Position numbers and translations under genes: made by a program
The notes under the pieces: model-generated
What the model was told of the DNA's origin: nothing
The model's database searches: none
Seen by the model: only the letters and a program-made list of their open reading frames with translations
Shown here: positions 57,147 through 64,000 of the stretch, in pieces
Numbering within the stretch: position 1 is the first letter of the stretch
Layout: the number at the start of each line of letters is the position of its first letter
Origin: a virus
Virus record (IMG/VR): IMGVR_UViG_3300023174_003073
Coordinates: 32,001-96,000 of that record
Direction: 5' to 3' (one strand)
Length of the DNA: 64,000 bases

Positions 57147-59855
57147 TTAACCAAACGTAAATAAATCACTAAATGTTGAATTAGTATCAATATTGGTTTT
57201 GATATCCCAACTTAATACTCCGAGTAAGTTGTCAATTTTTTCATCGACAAGTGTTTGTTCCATTGCTTCATCATCGAAGGGCAAATCTGTAAACCATTTA
57301 GGTAGTCGCAGTTCATCTGTCGGGTAAGCAATGCTAGTCATCTTTAATGCATTAGGTTTTAGTTTGCATACAATAATTTTCATACCATCAATAACCTTCA
57401 TTGAATAGTTGTCACCATATAATTTTCTTAGATAGTTCCAATTAATTGCTGCCATTGCGTGACCAACGCCACACTTACCAGTTTGTTCAAATGCAAGTGT
57501 ATGCTTGGTTAAGTTGTTGACTGACTTAGGAGAACCTTTTGTCCAACTATCTTGTTCGGATAGATTTCGTTTGAATTCTTTGATAACCTCAATGACTTCA
57601 TCACGACCTTTACCTTGTTGAATGACCATGCTCAATACATTCATTAAGAATTCTTGTACATATTTAGGAGTATCAGCACGTTTCAAATCAAGACCCATAG
57701 CCTTGATATCACCTAGCTTACCATCTTTATCTTTACGCTTGCCTTCTTTATCAAAGATATTGATAGCATAGCGTTTCTTAGTGATAAAAATACTACGGTC
57801 GCCGATCAGTTCACGACCAGCTTTAATGATTTCACCATTCTTGCGCGGTGAGTGAAATGCTTTCTCCATAAAGCTGGGAAACGAATCATTTGCTTCGTCT
57901 GCAATAGCATCATACAATCCAATACATACCTCTTTGTTCCATTCTAATTCGCCTGCGTCAATTTGAGGCTTCATAGTTGGATATGCTGAGAAGTAACATG
58001 AGTCAGTGTCACCATAAACAATCGCATCACCTTCGTGTGTATATTCACCGGTAACAGTTTGATTGATTTGGCTCATCATGTGACGAACAATTTGACGACC
58101 AGATAGCGTAACACTTTGACCAATACGTTTGTCATAGAAACGACAATGTTCATTCAATAGTGCGCCATAAGCAGAATTCAATAAAATCTTACGCACTAAC
58201 TGACGCTTATCCCAATACTCACGGTCTTCATCAGTAGTTGATTCACGTAATTTCTTCTGCATTGTTTTACGATCCGAGTACCAACGAGATAATAGTCCTG
58301 GAACTACACCCTCTTTCTCGTATGTAAAGATTGTACCATTTGCACTAAGCATCCAGGGACGATGACTATCAAACACCAATTTCCATATTTCAGCCGCAGA
58401 CATTTCTTCACTGCGCCCATCTTCATAGTCAACAATAAGCATTGTACCACGTTCTTGGTTCATAATTGCAGTATACTCTAATGCACCAAACAGTCCTTCC
58501 CATAGAATAGCACCACCTACATCATCGTCACCTTCTTTGTAACGTTTCTTTTCTTGTGCTAATCTAAGACCTTTGTCTTTCATGTACTGGTCTGTGATTG
58601 TTTGTCTGACTTGGGCAACAATAGTCTCGCCCGCCATGTTGAGTGCCCTGATAACTGAGGGGTAGAGTGAGTTAATGTCAACTGCTCCGACATATTCGTG
58701 CATGCCTCTTTTCGGCGTAGCAACATAGGCACCTGCCGCTTGTTGTGTTTCATCTGCATTTTCAGTTCTCCGTTTTTTATCTGGTACAACTAATCCACGC
58801 TCATGCGCTTCATTAAAGATAGCCATTTCAATCATTGCCACTGAACCCATAACTGTTGGAAGCAGTACTGTGTTCTCATGCGCCAATTGATTAGCCAATT
58901 CTAAGAATTTTAATTTGTTGTGAATCTTAACTAACAACATAGTATCTTGCCTGTTGTACTCTAAGAACTTTTCCCAGTCCTTGTTATACAATTGGTCAAG
59001 AGTACCTTCGTATTGTGTTTTGTTTTCACCAACTTCCATTTCACCAATAGCATCTAGTTTATAGCTATGGCGACTTTCGTAGTTGTACTTCTTATAGAGT
59101 TGCAAATAGTCCATGTGAATACGACCTACTAAATCATAAGTCTGTTCTGACTTACCAAATCGTTCATATTCTCTAGGCTTGGGTAATTGACCCATTAAAC
59201 AGAATTTGCGTGTATCATCTTTACTCATCACACGTGTAACACGATTAACCATATATGGTATATCGTATCCCTCTGAGTTCCAACCAGTCATTACATCAGC
59301 ATCTTCAATCAATTCAAAGAATGTATCAAACATTTCTTTTTCACTTTTGAAAAGTAAACAGTTCTCATATTTTCTTGTGATTTCCCATGCTGTTTCTTCA
59401 CTCATATGCTTTGGCGCAATGCAAAGTGTAATGAGTAAATCTTGCCAATCCAAATACAATGAAATAGCAGTTACTGGATTGAATGGATCACTAGTAGGAC
59501 TGAAACCTTTTTCCGGGTCAAAGTCTACTTCAATGTCAAAGAAACAAGTATGTAGTTTAGGTGCATCAACACCCAAATAGTTTTCACTTAAACAACGAAA
59601 TACCGGATTGATATCACTTTCAAATAGTTCTTTACCATTATGTATTCTTCGTTCCTTTTCAAATTCTGTACGCTTACGTGTACTAAATCTGCTTACAGGA
59701 TTTCCGTAAATGCTACGATGCTTACCCTTGTTATCTGGGTAATAGAAAACATAATTGGCAGGAAACTCTTTGTAATGACGCTTGCCGTCAGTACCTCGCT
59801 CTACTACATAAATTCTATCTTCATCCCTTGCGTGGATGGCATCTACATAACTCAA
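57147..59855 (-). CDS. Family B DNA polymerase with 3'-5' exonuclease
   Basis: DIEV, GWNSEGYD, DINSLYPS, KILLNSAYG, YGDTDS, KKRY. Confidence 0.97.
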   Translation of the reverse strand: MSYVDAIHARDEDRIYVVERGTDGKRHYKEFPANYVFYYPDNKGKHRSIYGNPVSRFSTRKRTEFEKERRIHNGKELFESDINPVFRCLSENYLGVDAPKLHTCFFDIEVDFDPEKGFSPTSDPFNPVTAISLYLDWQDLLITLCIAPKHMSEETAWEITRKYENCLLFKSEKEMFDTFFELIEDADVMTGWNSEGYDIPYMVNRVTRVMSKDDTRKFCLMGQLPKPREYERFGKSEQTYDLVGRIHMDYLQLYKKYNYESRHSYKLDAIGEMEVGENKTQYEGTLDQLYNKDWEKFLEYNRQDTMLLVKIHNKLKFLELANQLAHENTVLLPTVMGSVAMIEMAIFNEAHERGLVVPDKKRRTENADETQQAAGAYVATPKRGMHEYVGAVDINSLYPSVIRALNMAGETIVAQVRQTITDQYMKDKGLRLAQEKKRYKEGDDDVGGAILWEGLFGALEYTAIMNQERGTMLIVDYEDGRSEEMSAAEIWKLVFDSHRPWMLSANGTIFTYEKEGVVPGLLSRWYSDRKTMQKKLRESTTDEDREYWDKRQLVRKILLNSAYGALLNEHCRFYDKRIGQSVTLSGRQIVRHMMSQINQTVTGEYTHEGDAIVYGDTDSCYFSAYPTMKPQIDAGELEWNKEVCIGLYDAIADEANDSFPSFMEKAFHSPRKNGEIIKAGRELIGDRSIFITKKRYAINIFDKEGKRKDKDGKLGDIKAMGLDLKRADTPKYVQEFLMNVLSMVIQQGKGRDEVIEVIKEFKRNLSEQDSWTKGSPKSVNNLTKHTLAFEQTGKCGVGHAMAAINWNYLRKLYGDNYSMKVIDGMKIIVCKLKPNALKMTSIAYPTDELRLPKWFTDLPFDDEAMEQTLVDEKIDNLLGVLSWDIKTNIDTNSTFSDLFTFG

Positions 59856-60115
59856 AGTGTCTTGCCCACAGTTTCCAAAATAGTGTTGAGTTGTTCGTGT
59901 TCTTGATTTGATTGTGTTAAACTTGCTTTATGGGCAATGCGTATTGCCTTTTTAAGTACACTAGGTTTAACTTCTAGTTCTTCTGCAATTGCTTTTACGG
60001 TATCGGTTAATCCGCCTTGCAGTGTGTCAATCTCATGCATCACTGCCATACCTTCATTAATCAATTGGGTCAATTTGATTTTTTGATCACCATTGAATGT
60101 TTTCACATCGTTCAT
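59852..60115 (-). CDS. dsDNA-binding protein (T4 DsbA-like)
   Basis: Helical 87 aa, IAEELEVKPSVLKKAIRIAHK. Confidence 0.55.
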   Translation of the reverse strand: MNDVKTFNGDQKIKLTQLINEGMAVMHEIDTLQGGLTDTVKAIAEELEVKPSVLKKAIRIAHKASLTQSNQEHEQLNTILETVGKTL

Positions 60116-60221
60116 AGATACTCCTTAGTAAAGTAGTTATTATACACTACTTCACTAAGAAGTCAATGATTTTGCGTGATTACGGTTAAATTACCCGATT
60201 AACAAGTGTAACCTAATTTAA

Positions 60222-60971
60222 TTATAAACTAAATGCTGATTTAGCTTCATTATAATTTGTAGTTACAGCGGTCTGGTCTAATACACTATCATATACTCTT
60301 ACCATAAAATATTTGCCATGTGCAGCATCATTTATTGTGTTTACTGTGCCAGCGTTGGGGTGTCTAGCACCAATTTGTAAACTGTTTGTTGATATGCCAC
60401 CTGAAGGTTGTGCAAATGTGCCTCCGGTTTTTGTTTTTAATGTACCGTTTAAATAGAAGTTCAATGTTGATCCGGTGACAGTAATTAAATAGTGATTTCT
60501 ATTTGCCTTAGCACCGGACGACAAAGCATAATTTTGTAAACCGGATGATGATCCAATCGCTAGTGTTGTGTCACTGCCAAAATATGCAAGAAATCCTTTA
60601 TTAAAGCTATATGCCTCATTACCAAACAATGATGCCCAATAACCTGTAGCACTAATACTTGCTACTATTTCAATAGTAAATGTTGATGGTAAATTATACG
60701 GGATATCAATCATTGCACCATTAAGACTTGTACTACCGGTTGTGACTATGCCACCGCCATTAGCTGAATTGTAAGCATAATTACCTGTACCTGACTTGCG
60801 TAAAGTAGCGTTGTAACCATTGCCCGAAGTGTCTGTCCATGTTGTTCCACTTGAAGGAGCTGATTGTAAGTACACTTTTAGTCCTCCGCCTCCGCCACCC
60901 CCAGAACCATCAGATATAACTGACCCGCCGTCAAATTGAATTCCACCTAATAATTGTATTCCTGTTGTCAT
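60222..60971 (-). CDS. LamG/concanavalin A-like virion protein
   Basis: WTDTSGNGYNA, FYLNG, LQIG, VRVYD..L. Confidence 0.8.
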   Translation of the reverse strand: MTTGIQLLGGIQFDGGSVISDGSGGGGGGGLKVYLQSAPSSGTTWTDTSGNGYNATLRKSGTGNYAYNSANGGGIVTTGSTSLNGAMIDIPYNLPSTFTIEIVASISATGYWASLFGNEAYSFNKGFLAYFGSDTTLAIGSSSGLQNYALSSGAKANRNHYLITVTGSTLNFYLNGTLKTKTGGTFAQPSGGISTNSLQIGARHPNAGTVNTINDAAHGKYFMVRVYDSVLDQTAVTTNYNEAKSAFSL

Positions 60972-60994
60972 GATATTTTTCCTTTTTGTTTATT

Positions 60995-61519
60995 TTAATA
61001 CCAATTATAGCCCATTTGCTTAGTTGGTATATATGGTGTCAATGTAACCGGTAAAGTATATGTACCTGGTTTGGCTAAAGTTGTAAATGGATCAGATGTT
61101 TCCCAACCAGGTATTGTAGTATCAATTGGTATAATTTTCATTAAATTAGGGTCACCGGTATAAGTACCGTTACTACCTATTGCCATTCTTACTACTGTTG
61201 AACCACCTGTTGCCCAAGTTGCATTCCATGCATATGCAAAATCTGGATCAAATCCTGCATTAGAAAATTTTGCATACCAATCTGCTAATGTACCGGCGTT
61301 GGTTGCTTCAAAATATATTGACGATGCAATTACTGTTCCGGGATCAACAGTCCAACTGTCCAACGTTGGGGGATTACCTACATAAGTGACTCCGCTTCCA
61401 CTAGAACCCCTATTTGTAATATCCCAGGGAGCAATAGAAATATTTGGTGATGCATCATCTCCTAATATTGTTGAGCCACCGCTAAATTGTATTCCACCTA
61501 ATAAATGTATTCCTGGCAT
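60995..61519 (-). CDS. Putative virion protein sharing an N-terminal peptide with the LamG protein
   Basis: GIHLLGGIQFSGGS vs GIQLLGGIQFDGGS. Confidence 0.65.
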   Translation of the reverse strand: MPGIHLLGGIQFSGGSTILGDDASPNISIAPWDITNRGSSGSGVTYVGNPPTLDSWTVDPGTVIASSIYFEATNAGTLADWYAKFSNAGFDPDFAYAWNATWATGGSTVVRMAIGSNGTYTGDPNLMKIIPIDTTIPGWETSDPFTTLAKPGTYTLPVTLTPYIPTKQMGYNWY

Positions 61520-61534
61520 ATTTTTTCCTTTATG

Positions 61535-63004
61535 TTATTGAAATATTTCTGGATGATTCTTGCCGTAAATCTTAATGTATTTACCTGCAAGCATATCAGC
61601 CATTGCTTCGACTGGGCTACCCGGGTAGCTGTCATCAGGCCCAATCATATTTAATTGATCCTGTCTGTGATGTACTAATTCATGGAAGATTGTACGGAAG
61701 ATATCAACCATATTTCTATTCTCAATGTACACCCAAATCTTACCATCACTAGTATGTAATCCTGTGTGATGACCTTTTTGTGCTTGTTCGCTATCAGTAC
61801 TTAAGGTAATCATTGGATATGGTTCTTTGATATGTAAACGCTTAATACACCATTTTATAAAATCATTAACTTGTTGTATTTCTTCATCAGTGTTAATACC
61901 TTCAGCAATTTGACCTCCCCATTGCTTTACCGGTGTGCGTACTCTTTGTTTTTCTTCTTCACGTTCTTTATCAAGTTTAGCTTGTTTTTGTTGTGCTAAT
62001 TCATACTCACCAAAACCATGATATACTTTTTGTTTAAGTGTATTGTTGTTCTTATCCATTTTAGCAAGCTCATGTCTCATTTGAGTAAGAGTTACTTCTT
62101 CTAATTCATCTTCACCTAATCTATCTTTAAGTTTCTTTACCCATGTATCCGGTGTATGCCCGTATTTTTTAACAAACATATCATGTAACTCATCACCTGT
62201 GATATTATAACGACCGCTAATGCGTTGCATTAGATTGTCAATGGTGCTGTAATCATATTTTTTCAATGCAGGTAACTTATCGGCTAAATCACTTACTGCT
62301 GATTCAGCCACTGCTGTTTTCTTTTTCAATGACTTTACGGGAGACTTACGTACTTTAGGTGCATGTGCTACATTCAATCGTTGTTGTGCGGTACTCATTA
62401 ATGAGAATACTTCTTCATCACTTAATGCATCAGGCATATCTCTACGCCATACTGCAAACTTCAGTTCTTCGTTAGGCATGTTAGCATACTTTGGATTGCT
62501 TGCTTTGAATTTTTCTGGATCAAGTAATACTTCACGCATTGGTGTTGCTCTTGGACCTTCAATCTTTTGCGCTGGATCATTGACTTGTTGTCTTGCTATA
62601 ATTTTTAAACTATTCAATCCATAGTTCTTATAAGGAACATTGCCAGCTTTATCTTGGTTTAATAACCATTGAAATGATTGTACTTCTTTTTCACCTACTA
62701 TCAAAATAACATTTTTATATTGTTTACCTACATCACTTAATACTTGTCCAAGTGTTTGTCCAAAATGAAATATACCTGCTTGTTTAGGAAATACTTTTTT
62801 GTATGTTGATAATTTTTCTTCTGGTGTTAATGGATCTTCTTTGCCCATTGTTTTTGATACAAAGAAAAATGGTGTTGCATTCATTTGTTCTGCGTGTACA
62901 ATAACTGCTCTTGCTAACAACATATGACCTTTGTGGCCCATACCACGACCCCAACCAACTACGGCTGTGCTTTGTGTTGCTTCATTAAATTCTGTGTATC
63001 TCAT
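61535..63004 (-). CDS. Multi-domain protein: cytidylyltransferase-like N-terminus and C-terminal HExxH domain
   Basis: MRYTEFNE; GR..GHKGH, DPL..EEK, RATPMR; FHELVH. Confidence 0.7.
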   Translation of the reverse strand: MRYTEFNEATQSTAVVGWGRGMGHKGHMLLARAVIVHAEQMNATPFFFVSKTMGKEDPLTPEEKLSTYKKVFPKQAGIFHFGQTLGQVLSDVGKQYKNVILIVGEKEVQSFQWLLNQDKAGNVPYKNYGLNSLKIIARQQVNDPAQKIEGPRATPMREVLLDPEKFKASNPKYANMPNEELKFAVWRRDMPDALSDEEVFSLMSTAQQRLNVAHAPKVRKSPVKSLKKKTAVAESAVSDLADKLPALKKYDYSTIDNLMQRISGRYNITGDELHDMFVKKYGHTPDTWVKKLKDRLGEDELEEVTLTQMRHELAKMDKNNNTLKQKVYHGFGEYELAQQKQAKLDKEREEEKQRVRTPVKQWGGQIAEGINTDEEIQQVNDFIKWCIKRLHIKEPYPMITLSTDSEQAQKGHHTGLHTSDGKIWVYIENRNMVDIFRTIFHELVHHRQDQLNMIGPDDSYPGSPVEAMADMLAGKYIKIYGKNHPEIFQ

Positions 63005-63993
63005 AATTTCTTTGGTGCCCAATTTTCTTGGTCAATTAATTTTAAGAATTGACCGGGTAATGGATATTTAAAGTTAATCTCAGGATGTGCTTGTACATAT
63101 CCTTCTGGATTAGTTTGCATTATACCACCATGTAATCCTAAACTTAATGACTTAATTAATTGCATTTTAGCTCTAGTAAGTCCTTCAACTGCACCAAGTA
63201 CAGTCTGATAACCTTTTTTATCTGCTAACATACCGTGTGCTTGACCTTCACTTAGATTAGCTTGTGCCCATTGTGGGAAGTCTCTTACTAATCCATCTTT
63301 TCTTAAATGACTATTTAGATATGTGTAAAGTATACCACTTGGTCTAGACAAACCTTTCTTAGGTGATAGATACGTATCAATAATTTGTGCATTACCACTA
63401 ATAAATTGTTCCATCTTATCAATATAACTTGTATCAACACCTGGCATTTCTTCAACGTAAGTTGTGCCCTGTACTAAAACATCATTCGTAGATAAACTTT
63501 CTGCATTAGGAAATCTTTGTTCATCGCTACTACCTAAGGTAGCATAGTAACCAGTTGCGGCGACCATTAACTTTGCACCGCTTGCTATTTTTTTACCTAA
63601 ATTACTACCAACTGGAATATGAAAACCAGTGATGTTAGGTTTGAAGTCGTATGTGTTTGTGTTCTTATTAAGAATTGGCATTGCACTTTCACCTGTTGGT
63701 TTAGTACCTGGATAGAACAATAAGCCACCTTCTAAGAATCCTTTTTGTGGACTAATCTTCTCAAAGTATTGCCACATACCTGAAAATTGTTTTGCAAACT
63801 GTACTCTACTTTTATCATTAGGATCAGCATTGCCTGTACCCATTACAAAAGCATAAACATCTTTTGCACTATTCATTACTGTTGGTGCACCACTGCTTGT
63901 TTGTGTCTTACCTGATTTCAAATATGCCCATGCATTCTTTGGTATCATTCTAAAAGTGCCATTCTCATCACGACCCCAGTATACAACTGGCAT
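63001..63993 (-). CDS. Hypothetical phage protein adjacent to the cytidylyltransferase-like gene; begins beyond the window edge
   Basis: DGMP.VYWG, FKPN, PEGYV, KLID. Confidence 0.65.
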   Translation of the reverse strand: MPVVYWGRDENGTFRMIPKNAWAYLKSGKTQTSSGAPTVMNSAKDVYAFVMGTGNADPNDKSRVQFAKQFSGMWQYFEKISPQKGFLEGGLLFYPGTKPTGESAMPILNKNTNTYDFKPNITGFHIPVGSNLGKKIASGAKLMVAATGYYATLGSSDEQRFPNAESLSTNDVLVQGTTYVEEMPGVDTSYIDKMEQFISGNAQIIDTYLSPKKGLSRPSGILYTYLNSHLRKDGLVRDFPQWAQANLSEGQAHGMLADKKGYQTVLGAVEGLTRAKMQLIKSLSLGLHGGIMQTNPEGYVQAHPEINFKYPLPGQFLKLIDQENWAPKKL

Positions 63994-64000
63994 GCCGTCC

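Noticed and set aside
57147-59855. Intein or intron in the DNA polymerase
   Set aside because: Continuous 902-aa ORF with all motifs in order and no intein or homing-endonuclease signatures seen
1235-59906. Numerous plus-strand and off-frame ORFs in the track (e.g. 1235-1594, 3788-4165, 26811-27269, 59206-59580)
   Set aside because: Antisense or shadow frames of well-supported genes, with no RBS or recognisable motifs
1-64000. tRNA/rRNA genes or stop-codon reassignment
   Set aside because: No tRNA-like T-arm/cloverleaf noticed by eye (no scan run); conserved genes are full length under the standard code

Overview
64 kb segment of a large AT-rich, T4-like/jumbo tailed phage genome, not a bacterial chromosome. 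Genes are densely packed, almost all on the minus strand. The host is probably betaproteobacterial, inferred from the character of DnaK, ErpA and IF-1. Contents: replication and repair genes (family B DNA polymerase, sliding clamp, DsbA-like protein, ATP-dependent ligase, RNase H-like 5' exonuclease, UvsE); a 7-deazaguanine DNA-modification cluster (TGT/DpdA-like, DpdL-like, FolE, QueD, QueE) interleaved with two GT4 glycosyltransferases, a cytidylyltransferase and a sugar epimerase; a proteostasis and translation block (ClpP, ClpS, Hsp20, DnaK, bS21, ClpX, IF-1); Fe-S/oxidative-stress genes (ErpA, IscA, SOD); a PlcP + GT2 pair with a Pho-box-like site; and arrays of small early genes each driven by a repeated sigma70 promoter unit. 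Signals read directly from the DNA and absent from the ORF track: (1) a G_GGA_AAC -1 slippery site just before the stop of an acidic scaffold-like protein, which would add an amphipathic helix; (2) ROSE-like thermometer hairpins on both dnaK and hsp20; (3) a preQ1-I-like RNA upstream of queD; (4) five promoters with the -10 box in a hairpin loop; (5) many near-leaderless genes behind TAAATA late promoters; (6) T4-type capsid-targeting N-termini on multi-domain proteins. All protein family calls come from motif recognition by eye; no database searches were run.
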